Notes: a model not told the origin generated them from the letters alone. A stretch of 57,432 bases of DNA, filler included, from Sphacelaria rigidula (GCA_964200075.2; 7 parts of 7 records of this genome joined end to end with filler, not necessarily neighbours in it); one strand, 5' to 3'. Positions 24,558 to 37,949 are shown, counted from the whole stretch's first letter. Translations and numbers: made by a program.

Positions 24558-24914
24558 NNNNNNNNNNNNNNNNNNNNNNNNNNNNNNNNNNNNNNNNNNN
24601 NTTAATTAATTAANNNNNNNNNNNNNNNNNNNNNNNNNNNNNNNNNNNNNNNNNNNNGGTAAGGAAAAGAGGAGGGGGAGGGGGGGGGGGGGGGGGGGGA
24701 AACTGACAAAAAGAGGAAGAAAAACAAATAAAACAGGAAAAAAAAATGTTGAACTGCCGTCGAGACTCGATTCGCACGAAATGTGCCCCAACCAACCACT
24801 ATTCGGCTGTACGATTTCAATCGCCGGGGCGAGGCGCGTGAATTAAAACTAGTGAAGTTGAATCTTCATGGATCATGATTTATATTTTTACCATACAGGT
24901 AACGATTATCGTAC

Positions 24915-27900
24915 CTGTCTCAAGATGTCATCCGCCACGAGAAACGCGTCTTGCACAGGCGTAGACTCGGGCACAATCTGCGACCAACCGAGCGCAACGA
25001 GCGCAAATGGGGCGCATGGGGAGCAAGGGTGTACCAGTCATGATCAGCAGGGGGGGGGGTCGGATAAGAATATGTTCAATGACCCGCCCTGGTGGTGTAA
25101 TGATCCGTACAGTAGACAACATTTGGTGGTGAAAATATCAATTCAATTCCCGCCAGATGCGTCTGCGTCTGTAAGCAGAACATGGTTTCACGTCCTGCAC
25201 TCACCTTATTTCTCATCATTTCGAAACTCAGGAGTTGGCTGGGGATGCGGAGCCATCAAAGTGAAAAGACATATTGTAGTGTATAATGAAAAAAAATAAT
25301 AATAACAAGGAGAACGAGAAGACGAAAAGAACGACGACTGCCTTCTAGGGCACAAGAAATCGGCAATAGCCAAGGCCAATCGATCCATCAATGGATCAAT
25401 CATTTGATGGGGGTAATAAACTGTCGCGAATTGATGACCTCATCCTCGAGGAATCCAGGCGTGGTCACTGTCCACAACATGCAGGGACCCAAGGCAAAAA
25501 ACAAACAAAAAATCACTGCGCGTACCCGAAAAACAGTTGAAACTACACGCGGGGTACTTTCACTCTTTTACGGGAAGCATACTCAAATAACTCTTCTCAA
25601 CAGATGTGACCACGGCTGGATCCCTGGGGGGATGATATTCAAAGTGCGACAATCAATCGAATCAAACAAAATACAGCGTGCTCGGCGGGGTGAAAAAAGG
25701 CAACCAAATCAACGCGCACCTGGTCGTCCTCATACCGTTGACTCAGTTAATTGAGTGAAAATGGTTGATACGTCAGTCACTCAGAGATCTGAACTCGATC
25801 GACGCCAAAACACACGGCAAGTATGCTCATGAAAAATGGTTAACGCTACGGCTACTTGTCTGTAGCAGGCCCCTCCCCCCGTCACACTCTCCCCTTTCCC
25901 TGTTATTCCTTGCCTGTAAGAGCTTGTCGTTGGCGATCACGATAAGTGTGTCCACCTTTTCCCTGAGCAGCTCGATCGCTTCGTTAGCCTGCGAAACGGC
26001 GTCATGCGTGCAGCGATCGGTGAGAGGGGTACAACATGTGAGAGACGTTTTCATCCTGTTTCGAGATTCACGTGCCTTCCTTTCACAGTTCGGACGCATC
26101 ATCGCCGGTTCGAATCACCAAATAAACGATTTCGTAGGCCTGGTTGCTCGAAAAATAGAAAAAAAAAAAGTCGACCACTGGCCAAACAGGGCTCCACGCA
26201 ACTTTTGCGGCCTTCCACGTGCCTGGGCTGCGCGTACCAACGCTGAAAACAAAGCCTAAGGATTGATTCGTGCGGTACGAATAAATTACACTAAAACCAC
26301 GCAGTTTCCGGACGAATCATGAATTCGTCCGACCCTTGCTTCCTCCCCTCCCCTCCCCGCCCCTCCCCTCTTTTTCGTTCTTTATCCTTTTTTGTTTCTC
26401 TCGAGTCGCTTCGAGTACGTAGTTTTTCGCCTGTAGTTCACCTTGCTTGCGTGCACCTACATCTTTATGGCAAAGCACGGCGAAGCAAACATGTAGCGGG
26501 TGATTGAGTGCGCCGAACAAGGTACCGTATGGATACGGGTGAGGGCACCAGTCGAGTTTCTGCCGCAGTGCGGAACGAAGGAGCAGCGATGCGCCAAAAA
26601 AGGCAAAGACCAAGTGATTGAATTCGATTTCCACACCTTAGTCGAAGCGAACGCACAGGGGTGCGCGCTAAAAAAGCGAAGGCCAAATGATTGAATTCGA
26701 TTTCTGCACACGGAAATTTAGGGTACCCCGGAGAAGGACCCTGTGATCGTACCCTGTGGTAGCACGTACCCTGTGGTGGTATCCTATGGTGGTACCCTGT
26801 GATAGTATCCTGTGGTAGTACAACAGTACCTATAGTAGTACCATGGAGTAGTACCTTGTGGTGATACCTGTGAAAGTAGTGGTACCCTGTCATGGCACCC
26901 TGTGGTAGTACCCTACGGTACCCCGCCATACCACCTGTGACGATTTACATCGACGCTACGAGTATTAGTATTTCCTCACCTGGCTCATGCGCTTCCTGCC
27001 CTCGAACGCAAACGGCTTGGTTACGACGCCCACCGTCAGCGACCCCTGACAAGGAAGCACGGAAAAATACATATGAGAAAAAATAATAATAATATAAACG
27101 CTTTGTGGTGGTCTGCTCGCAGAGAGGAGCTGCTCGGCTTAGCAATAGCGTTCGAGTTTATCCGGCGATATTGTTCCGAAAAGAGGTCTGCAGCCCTAAG
27201 GGTCAACAATGCTTTGAGAATCGCTAGCCAGTGTTGCGCCAAAAGAAAAAAAACAATTTTCTCGGGACAGAAATCGACCACTCTTTCCTGTAGTGCGCAC
27301 TCCTGCAGCGCGCAGTACCAGATATAGTGACGTGGCACTGTTTAAGCGCATCGTAACGGCTACATCGCGCGCAGGGCCGTACGTCGTGAACTGCGCAGCT
27401 CTAGAGACTATCCCGATCGATACACTGCATATGGTCATGATCAAGAGAGGGTCGCAGTACAGACCGGCATTAGTTTTCTACCACATCGGCCGCCCAGCCG
27501 CGCTAAATGTCCAACTTTGCGCATCTGTGCGTGCACATATGCAATCACCTACAGTGCGCAAAGTCTGGGCAGCTGCATGGCCGATTCGAGAGCGCACGGA
27601 CGGCATTCTCCACAATCGGTTGGGACCATGTTGTACGATGATGTTCCCGGGCTCAATCGCGCGAATGCTTTGGGCATATGCTGCCTGTATTGTGCCTAAC
27701 TAGTGTGCAAAGTTTCATGATGGAACGCGCAGTCGCAGGCGAGAAATCCACAATCCAAGCTGCACTGAGAAATGGTGGTTTACCGTACGAAAGTACTCAA
27801 ATGAACATGAGATGCGGTTACGCCCTGATTACGCCGCATATCATATGCGGTTGTGTAGTTTACGGTACGGGTATACTGTCTGTAGACCGTACATTGAATC

Positions 27901-30900
27901 AGCGTATTATACTACACTTTATATAGTGGTCATGACGGAGTTTCAAATTTCGAATCCATCAGCTGCGCTGCCAGACATGCATGCAAACTGTTGTGCCGTT
28001 CTCCAGTGCGCCGAAAGTAAATGAGATGCTTCTTTTTCAAGCGGATTGTGCACTCCATATACTATGCTCTGGGCGCGGTGTTGCGCTGGAACACCAAGCG
28101 TGGTCGCCACCTATCGTCGTACAATGGGGCCCGCAAGGCACTCGCACCGAGCAACACCATGCACACCACCGAACGTGGGATATCGTCACGTTCTCGGCCT
28201 GCAACTTGTGCCGACGGTCCAGCCTTGAACATAGCTTTTCAGATATGCCGTGTGTTGAGCTATAGGTCGTCACTCTGGGGCACCTTGCTCGTGTGAACTA
28301 CCCTACTTTGCGGGTGATCCCAGCTAATAATTTGTACAATGACTGTTGTATGCGAGAATCGGCTTAGGAAATTGCTTTTTTTTTTTTTTTGCGCAACTCT
28401 GTGGATCGACAACCAACAGTCACTTATCAACGTGACACGGTACCAATCCAACAAACAAACAAAGACACCTGCGACATTTTTATGGTGATAACCTTTTTGA
28501 ACGGCCCATGGTTTCTGTTCCGAGATTTGACGGCAAGTAGATTTTAGAATACGACTCGTATTACAATACTACGCGTGGAGGAGCCTTCGCAGGTTAGAAC
28601 CCAGTAAAGAAACGTCAGCACCTTTGAAATATAGTGTAGTAGTCCGGATGCAAAGCTAGGCAAATTTGTAATGAGGTATTCTTCAAGTTTTCTCGTTTTT
28701 TTCCTCAGCAGTCGAACGAGTCGAGAGACACTGGGAAAACCAATAGGTCGTGCTCAGGACAGAATCCCCAAGTTGCTGTTGCCGCGGTGATACGGAGGAA
28801 ATACCTCGTTTATCAGGAGGGTGTTATTGACCGTCATGGACCAACAGACACAGGTTTCCTGGCTCTGGCGCGATGAATGAATATATTTTCAATACCAAAA
28901 AAGACTGATTTTCTATTCGTTCACGAGAGCGATCGGGATTAGTTCAATCGAGCAAAAATACCGAAAAGTCACAACCTGGGGTTATGAAGTCGCAGGACCC
29001 CCGAAAACTGGTCACCCCGTGAGTCTTTTAATAGAGTGCAGAAATGATTCTGGTTTCGGAACGTGAAGCAGCCGCTGGAATCTCCTGATCCTCAGATCAT
29101 GGGATCAAATGTTCACTGTGATGGAGCGGTGGCACATGAAAAACCACCAGAAATACCCTGTTACAAAATTCGCCGAGTTTGCTTGCAGACTAATATACAT
29201 GAATTCACTGAAGAATGGTTCAGTCTCGTTATTAACCCTCACACAGTGACCCCCCTACAGGTGGACTGAGTTGGACTATGCCACAGTTGAGGTTTAGAAC
29301 AGCTTCTATCTCGCTACACAAAACGCCTTTTTCATGAATATGTGGACATTTGACATCTGTATAAACATTGGTCTCGGAGAACCCCTGACCAGCTTCGCCC
29401 CTGCAGTCAGTTGCGTGCAGAGTTAGTACGTATGTGTGCTGTATGTCTTCGCCGGATACAACGGCAAGAGACAGTAAAAGTGCGCCATCGCTCTCGACTG
29501 GACACAACTTACTGCATGCTGCTGATGCCTCTGCTTAGTGTTCAACGACAACATTACAGACAGCGTGAAGCTATGCCGGCAACAAACACATGAGACGTCA
29601 GACAGGCGGCACAGACCCCGAGCAGAGTAAAAAACAATTTTTTTGTACCCATGTAATCCATGGTTGAATTTGCCATGACCAAAATGAAACATGCCAGTAG
29701 ACAGCGAAGTAGTCCACACAGGTGAAACTACGTGTTCTTTTTGACGATCGTGGTTGGTCAGAATGGTCATTCCGTGCCTCTTGGGTCTCGTTCCTGGCTT
29801 AGAATCTTCCGCGGTAAACTTCCACAGACAAATGGTTGACTCGGGGAGCTTTTCGGCTGCTTTACGGACAAACCCTCCTTCACCCCCTGTCAAAAACTAC
29901 CCCCCCCCGGCCACTGGAAACGCGTGAATGCCTCTGGACTGTCAGCCTGTGTAACTGTTCCGAGGCGACACTCGCTGTCAAAGGGTTAACGCGGTTTTGT
30001 TTTCCCGGCTTTTCCGACTTCTTCGGAGAAAAAGCTTTCCCCCTGAAGATGTGACGTCAGATTTTTCAACCAGGTCAAGGACTAAAAGAAGTCAAGATTG
30101 ACTACATCTTTCACGGAAAATCTAGCGTTGAGTTTTTCTTCAGCATATTTTTGTTTTTGTTTTGAAAAGTCGGCAAAATTTCCGGTAAGGTGAGGAAAAA
30201 AAAAAGGCTTAAGAAGAAGTTCCATTTCAATATAGTATTGTTCTTGCAGTCGGACGTATCAGTCAACGCATTGAACTTCAGTATATTTTTCTTCATACTG
30301 TACATTACCACGTATATTGCACCTGATCTCTAGACGCCTCCGCCACCAATGGCGCCGCTCCTGACCCTGCGACGAAAAAAAACAACAGAAAAATTCGTGG
30401 TGAGAAAAAAGTGAAGCACAGTGGACTGCAGTAAGAAGAAAAAATGAAGTACAGGAGGCGCCGGTTGCTTACCCCCCAGCTCGGCGCAAGCAAGCGATGC
30501 GTGGAACGTAGGTACACTGTTTAAAACCATAACGCTGACCCAAAACCAAACTCACTATCCGAAGGCGGTCAGACGGGCGAAAAAAGTCACTAGGGTGCCC
30601 TATACCCTATGCAAGTGCGCTCTGCGCACACCTAGGCCCGGAGCTCATAAGAGTAGGGCGGTGCGTGCACTGCGCCAAGTTAATGGGGGGGGGGGGGGTT
30701 AGTGTTCAACTCCCACACTCACTGCCTTGAGCAAAACTTTCCGAACACCCGAACCCTGAAGGCAGCTAACCCAGATGACTGCCGCGAGGCGGTCTAACCG
30801 AGCCTTGGGGTAACCGGCACACCAACCCATTCGTCGGGGAAGTGTTATCGAACCACCGCTTGCTGCGGCCCGACTAGGGTAGATGATACCGTCAAAAGTT

Positions 30901-31476
30901 GTTTTTCTTGTGCTGATAAAAGTATGGAACCCCCCCCCTTCCCCCCCGCCCCCCTTCCCCGAGCCTCTCCCGACCCCGACCCCTCCACCCCAAGTTGAAA
31001 TCACGTACACGAGACAAACCTACCACGCATATCGAAAGGTGTACTTCTTGTGTTGAGTGAGTGGAATGAAAAGAAAACAAACGTCGCATCGACATCATCG
31101 ATCATCGATAAAGCGTATCAAAAGCTGGGCTTCTTCGTGTTAAGCCCGAAAAGATTGTCCCCGACCCTCCCCCCACCCATCATCCCCTCTCCTCTCCCTT
31201 CTCCCCACTGATAGTTGTGATTTCCTCCCCACACCACCCCACCCTCCAGTTTCGTGCAGGAAAGGGGGTTCATGAAGTCACGGTAAAGTTTGTGCAGGAG
31301 CCTAATAAATATTTGTATGTTGAAACGCCGCATCAAATTGTTGCTCATTACCCTTTGCCCAAGGAAGATTCACTCCCCCCTCCTCCCCCTTCCCCGCGTA
31401 TAATTGTAATCCTCACCGGTACCACCCCCCATGCCGCACGTGACGAACACCATATCCGCGTTTTTCACCACTTGCC
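24915..31476 (-). CDS. ftsZ: FtsZ, probably plastid-division type, partial; exons 31417-31476, 30323-30366, 26980-27045, 25914-25988, 24915-24977
   Basis: The spliced product [102 protein letters not shown] contains the GGGTGSG signature. All intron phases are compatible. Confidence 0.96.
26720..26940. repeat. Degenerate minisatellite (GGTACCCTGTGGTA)n in an FtsZ intron
   Basis: About a dozen imperfect units. Confidence 0.85.
29236..29985. mobile_element. Putative non-autonomous piggyBac-type element in an FtsZ intron; internal homologue (inverted) at about 50040-50320
   Basis: TTAA|CCCTCACACAGTGA ... TCGCTGTCAAAGGG|TTAA. Bases of about 29700-29980 match the reverse complement of 50040-50320. 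Confidence 0.6.
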
Positions 31477-31722
31477 CTGTCCAAAAAGTCCGAACGATTC
31501 CATACAACGAGAGAACGAATCAATGAATGCACGGCAGAGCACTTACAAAGGAGGCCTTCTTCACGAAGTCGAATCATGTTTTCATTGGCGGTCTCTGACA
31601 AGCTGGATTGATAGTTTTTTTCTGCATGTTTCACGATTCAGTCATTTTAGGCGAGTCCGACGGGGCGGTCCGAACCGAACCGCCCTTTCTTTTCCAGCTC
31701 TTATTTTTATTTTTTATTTTTT

Positions 31723-31725
<3 letters not shown>

Positions 31726-31754
<29 letters not shown>
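31726..31754. repeat. (GT)n microsatellite
   Basis: Direct read. Confidence 0.95.
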
Positions 31755-31757
<3 letters not shown>

Positions 31758-33209
31758 CGAGCGCGCCTGTGTGTCCATGGCCTCCTCACCTGCAGCCATA
31801 CAGCCAGGACCCGCCACTTCGAGTGTCTTGTTCCTGACCCGAGAACACCACGGTATGTTTACACGAGAGACTGCCTACCGCGAGGGCTAGAGTATACCCC
31901 TTCTCTACTTCTAAACTCCAGGTACGTGGATATACCGCAGTAGTGTGAAGTACACGCACAGGTTGCTTAGGGCTCAGACTCATCTCTCGTTGGCACCGGA
32001 TCAGCTACGGCAAGCTGCCCGAAGAATGGGGGAAAACCCCTTCGTGAAAGTAGCTCAAGGGGACCAGACTTGCGGAACGTCAGGAACATCAAGAACGTGC
32101 TCTCCACACATACTATTTTCGGGGAATATTTTCATCAGGACACGGGTACTACATATCTCTGCCTCGGCGTCTTTTCCCTCTATTCCTTTCCTTTCCTGTC
32201 CTGTCCTTTAGCTCCTTATTCCCGTTCTCACTAATACGGTTCTCGCTGATTGCAGAATTTTCGTTTTCATCTTTTCCCCCCGTGGCTCCGTCTCGATCGA
32301 AAGGGATGCGTGGTCAATGGTCAAACGACTGGGCCAGCAAGGAACGAGTAAGCCCCCCCCCCCCTCCCCCCCCTCGAGACGGTGCGTGTGGTATATGGAA
32401 TAAGCGTAATGAGCACCGGAATGTTGAAGGTGTCTTGATTAGGAGTAGGAACGGTGCTCCGTCTCGAAAGGGATGCGTGGTCATTGGTCAAACGACTAAG
32501 GCAAGCAACAAATGAGTGCGCTTCCCACCAACCAACCGATCAAGAACCTACCAGATTGTAGGACGGCCAAAACTGCAGCAATAAAACCGCAGGACTGCCG
32601 TCCACGTAAAAAGTACTGTGTGTATATATATATGTGTGTGTATATAGTTTCAGGTTTGTGCGGTACGGTACAATCGTGCAGGCAGACGAACCCTGTGGTC
32701 AGTGTGTGTTGTGTGTTGTCGTCCCATTTATTCTGGGCGCCAGTCTACCCCTTTCGGGATATGTGGGCGCATCAGCNNNNNNNNNNNNNNNNNNNNNNNN
32801 NNNNNNNNNNNNNNNNNNNNTTAATTAATTAANNNNNNNNNNNNNNNNNNNNNNNNNNNNNNNNNNNNNNNNNNNNGGGTTTTCGCCGGACCAGGCTTGC
32901 ACTCAAACCACCAAGCGCGACGCGCCGTGGTGTGTTCGGTGTCGGTGTGTGTGGGGGGCACGCGGAGGGGGGATGACTCCTGGGAGAACTTTTACAAGCA
33001 GTCTTGCCCGTCTTAAACGATGTTCGACTACTGTTGGTGTGTCAGTATCTGCAGGAAATTCAGACGGAGGCTTCATGCATCGTGCGGGCGTGTTTCGGCA
33101 ATGTAAGGGGAACAAGAAATCGACCAAATATTTCGCACAGGTGTTCCCCCGTCCCCTATCCGGAGGGAAATGGCTGCTTCGACAAGCGTAGAAACCCATT
33201 ATAAACACG

Positions 33210-33692
33210 CTAGACAATTTTTCATGGGAACATATCTGCATACGTGCAAATCTGGGGATTCCAGTCTCTCTGAAGACGATTTTCTCCCGCGTGTCGAGTT
33301 TTCATACCCCACTCCGTAGGGCAAATTTTCTCGGCTAGCTGTCGGGAAATCAGATTGATTCTTCAGTTCTCTGGACGTTGACTTGAGGTATCTCATCGCA
33401 CCACTCAAATCGAAACGAGGCCGGAATTGGGTGCGCCAGGGACGGGTTTGGGCCGCAGATCTTTTTCTTGTAGATGCACTTTCGGGCTTGTCTCGATATG
33501 AGCAGAACGGTGGGATACTAAACGTCAACGTCCAGAGAACTGGAGAATCGATGTGGTTTGATCACAGCTGGCCGAGAAACATCGCTCGATCGACTGGGGT
33601 CCCAAAAGTCAGTTCCAGAGACATAATCGTCTTCAGAGAGGCCAACATCCCCGGTATGTGCAAATGCAGATTTGTCCCAATTGAAACTTGTC
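33210..33692. repeat. Long imperfect inverted repeat (arms about 33210-33382 and 33522-33692), foldback/MITE-like
   Basis: GTCAACGTCCAGAGAACTG...GCCGAGAAA...AATCGTCTTCAGAGAG...ATGCAGAT occurs in both orientations. Confidence 0.85.
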
Positions 33693-35017
33693 TGAGGACA
33701 GCAGCTTTGACCGAGTATCCCTCGCGCAGATAAGCACGCCGTCCGCCGATACTCACGCCAATATGACCCTACGCCCTAGACGCTGTGAACGGCCAAGCCG
33801 GCGTTCGTGGTGCTTCAGGCAAATATTTAGGAAAACCAATTTTTACGCGTATTAAGACAGTACATCGCACTTGGCTCGAAAGTGCACCGCGAAAACAAAC
33901 ATCGGGCTTCACTGAACACGGCAGTAAGTTCATGCAGACACAGAGCACCACGCAGCTCCCTAAAACTTGAACGTTTTTTTTCGAGTAGTTCTCTGTAAAA
34001 AATGGCCCCCTTGCCCAAGGCACGCCAAGGGTTGTATTGAGTTTAGATTTGGCCTGCAGTGTGCTGTTCCAACAGGAAATAATCCCCAACGACTTCTTGG
34101 TGGTGCAAAAGGGGGACCTGAGAGATGGAAGTGACGCTTCTGTGACCTCTCCTGTGCTCAGGTTTGCACAGCAAGCAGAGCACACGCGGTAGTAGTCGAT
34201 GAGACTATGACGCAACAATGGTTTCCGCTCAGGCATCCAAACGCTTTTTGCTCTTGTATCACAGCAAATGCCACGCAGCCTCTGGTTTTGTCCTTGTAAG
34301 TCAGACAGCGTACGTTCAATTCCGTTGAGAACGACGTGCTGCGGTCAGAGCAACAGACCGCAACAGAGTCGGTTCAGTATCCATTACAGCACAGTTCAAA
34401 CTCAAGTACAGATAGTGCCTCATCGGCATGTAGTCAGTTGTCTATTTGTGCCGTTCTGGTCACAAATAGAAGACATAAATGATGCCCGGAGCATGAGTGC
34501 GCGTGCCTTATGTATATTCGCAGATTGAGAAGGGATCTCTAACGGGCCGCCTCCCAAAGCTTGGGGCACCACTCGTTCACCACAACGCTAGCCTTATGGA
34601 GGTGCTTCCAGGCCTTGCCCACCGATACCCGCGTGTTATGCATGAATCACTCTTGTGTTACCACGAGCTGGAATCGTTGCCAGCCATGTGAGGGTAGATT
34701 GAGCTGCCAATGGACCACGTGGTGGCGCCTTTTTCTTGTGCCACAGACGGTACAAAGACGAGTACAGATAGTGGTGGCAGTTCTGTGTCTCTCCGCTGTG
34801 GTATGACATGTCGAGCAGGCCACGTGTTGGGATATTTTTCGAGTTCAACACAAGGGTGTCAAAAACGAGTACATGAGGTGCAGTATAGACAGTACTCACT
34901 GTCGGTACGGACTGCATACAGAAGGACGTGAGGAATATCTCAACAAGGTGCAGTACAGACTGTCTGTACTGTCTACACGCAGCAGCAGGGGCGTATTGCA
35001 GACACCTGCCAACTGTG

Positions 35018-35153
35018 CACACCCTGGGAAATGGATTATATGGTAAAACAATGTACTGCGTACAGTATGGAATATATTGTCTATTGCAATCGGCGCAATA
35101 GTCATTACTGTACGCAGTACACTTTTTGACTGAATTCTATTGTCCAGGGTGTG
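35018..35153. mobile_element. 136-bp hAT-like MITE
   Basis: TIR CACACCCTGG / CCAGGGTGTG with an 8-bp TSD CAACTGTG / CAACTATG. Confidence 0.8.
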
Positions 35154-35831
35154 CAACTATGACACTGTATATTTATGCTGCATGACCGCCGCTCTGTGTT
35201 CAGCGTCCGCAGTTCTCATACTGCGCAAAAGCTTCGACTGCTGCATTGAAGAGCATTCGTACAGAAGGGGAAAAGTTGGGGGAGGATATGGAATCGGCGG
35301 TGAAGACATGCGCAAAGCATGATGTTAAGCTCGCACGTGATCGTTTGAAAAAAGGAGAAGGGGCGGAGGGGCGTCTCGTCATGGTCTCATGGGAGTGTGT
35401 GCATGACATGTAGAACCGGCAGGGCGAACACAAGAAAAGCACCCCCTGTGAGGCCTTCAATGGAGAGGGTATTTTCACATTCCATTATGGCCGGATTTTG
35501 GGGTTTCGACACAAAAAGGCGGTGTTAAGGGAAGGGGAAGAATACAAAGAACGTTCAGAGAACAACAGGCACAACCCCGTATCAAGCGCATATCATCAGT
35601 CTGAAATAAGTAGCAAGAAAACACCACCTAGCCGGGCGACAGAAAGGATAAGGATTTTGGGTTGTGGACAACACACAAAATACGTGTACGCGCTGAGTAA
35701 CGACGGTCACCGCCACCAACAACGACAAAGCAACCAGCGCAGGCGGCAGTGCCAGTGGCGGAGGCGGGAAAAAGGGCAAAGAGAAGGCAACACCTGTTAC
35801 ATGCCTTACCCCCGAGCAGCTAGAACAAGCG

Positions 35832-37949
35832 GTGCCATGCCAGCCCAGTGCAGGACTCACGGGTCTGCCGTGCATGGTTGAGGGCACCGTAGGCGCGCCG
35901 CGCATTGTGGACCCACAACGAGTGTGCTTCGCGGACGGGCAAGTTGTCCGTGCATTCACCACGTGCCCATGGAAGCTCGGGGACCGACTACGTCACTTTA
36001 TGACGATGGCAGGCGCGGACACTTCTGCTTTCCGCGCTCGCGCACAGGAAATGGGGCGGGCACAGAGGGATGCAGCTGGCCCCACCAAAGACAGCACGAC
36101 ATGCCGTGAGCTCATAAGGGCCGTGTTGGTGCAGTGTCTAGCAGAATTGAGAGTACTGCGTGAGGGAGACGGTGGATATGTAATTCTTCAGGATGAGAAG
36201 CAAGATGTTGCAGTGGAGAGCGGTAAACAAACCCCGCCCCCGCCAAAGGAGCAGCGCGCTGGGGCAGACAAACAAGAGGAGGTCCGCAGCGGAGAAACCA
36301 GCGGGGAAGGAGTAGGCAGTGGTGATAAGCGCAAGAGGGCTGAGGGGGAGAAGGATCAGGGAGCTGCGGATTTGTGGCAGCTCATGCAAGGGTACACGGA
36401 TCTCAGAGGCAAACAACTTCCCAAGGAGGTGAGAGCGGTTGCAGACAAGTAAAGTAGTAGCGCGAGGTGGGCGTGCACGCTGGCATGTCAGAGCGAGAGG
36501 TTGCAAGGGTAGTGCTGTTTCAGGCACGTGAAGCAAAAAGAGCGGGTGCACATAACTTCAACTGCAACCGCAGAGGCATTATAACTGATATCCAATGACG
36601 AGGGTGCGGCAGAGGCGGTGTAGGCTGACAGCTGTCGGTAATTTACATATCAAGGGCAAATGCAGTCGTGATAATACCAAAGTGGAAATGTTGTAGGTAT
36701 TGCGCAGGCGAGGGTGGGGACAGAGTGCGGTATAAAATAAGGCCGAGTGCAAGTGTGGCTAGCAGCGAGGTGCGGGGCAATACAAGCGGTTGAAGGGGAG
36801 GATGCGGTAAGCTGAGCGCAACGACATGACATACACAAGAGAGCTAACAAAGAAGGGCTGTCAGGCCGCAACGCATACGCAATGCCTGTGATGGCAAATT
36901 GGATTGTAGCTGCGCGGCGTCGATTTGAGGCGCAGATACTAGCAAATATATATATATATATAAAGCAGAGTGCGAGAAGCGCGGCAAGGATGAGCGGTGC
37001 GGTAGGCAGGTGCCAAAGTGAAATATGTACGCATGCAGTAGCGGGAAAAGCTATTTATATATATATGTATATATATATATATATATACCGAGAAGCTGTG
37101 TGGTGTGTGCGTTGCGGTGCGATGTGCGTTATGTCCTTGCAGTGTTTGCACGCGGTGAACGAGGTGCTGGCGGTGATACGCAACGAGGGAGACCAGTTTG
37201 GTTTCCATGATTTAGATGCAAGGTTGCACAAGGCAGAGAAGCAAATGGACGCGAGTGGTTTGGCAGCGGAACGCGCACTGTTTCAGAGCTGGGTCACGCG
37301 CGCGGGAGAGATGGCGGCGGTCTCGCCGCAGTTGGTAATTGAATGTGTTGCACAGCTGGTGATGCCAGCCAAGAAAGGGGTAGCAACAGAGGTACTTAAG
37401 GATGATGAAGCCATGATGCGGCAGCGCCTAATGCTCCACAAAGCGTCCGGACAATTCGCTAGAGGGGGGCGCCCCCCGAGAGGACGCTGGCAGGGGCCAG
37501 GATACGGAGGAGGTTATGGAGGCCGTTGGCAGGGTGGCCCCGCTGGTCGATTTCGGGGCGGGGCATTCCGCTACCATGGAGGGGGGGCGTTGCAGCATGA
37601 GGGGGGCGCGGCCACGTTTCAGCCGAGCCCAACGGGCATCGCGCAAGCACCGCAGATGGCACAGCAGTTCATGGCCGGCGCCGCGGGAGCCGGCCTCGCG
37701 CAAGGCGGAGGCAAGCCTCAGGCTACACCGGAGCAGAGGGCGGAGCGAGCTCAACAGAAGGAGATGAGACAGAATGAGCAATTAGCGCGACCACCGCCAG
37801 ACACGCCAGGGCTCGAGTGCAGAAATTGCAGTAGGGCAGGGCGCCCTTGCCAGCATCCCTTCGACACGTGTGCCTGGACTAGGTTTACCAGGTGCAAGTG
37901 GGTGGGGCATATCGTAAGAAACTGCGTCAGAATGCCGATTCCGGAGTAA
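35832..37949 (+). pseudogene. gag-like ORF1 of the DIRS element, possibly spliced; ends in an RGG-rich region and Cys/His knuckles
   Basis: ORF 35832-36452, plus a coding-like block 37143-37949 ending CRNCSRAGRPCQHPFDTC..RCKWVGHIVRNC. Candidate intron 36449-36523 and an acceptor at 37142. Confidence 0.6.

Noticed and set aside
33740-34700. Possible tyrosine recombinase of the DIRS element on the minus strand
   Set aside because: No R..HxxR..Y motifs found, and the frames are riddled with stops.
36882-37142. N-terminal part of the 355-aa ORF
   Set aside because: It reads through (TA)n microsatellites (IYIYI) and is more likely intronic or non-coding.
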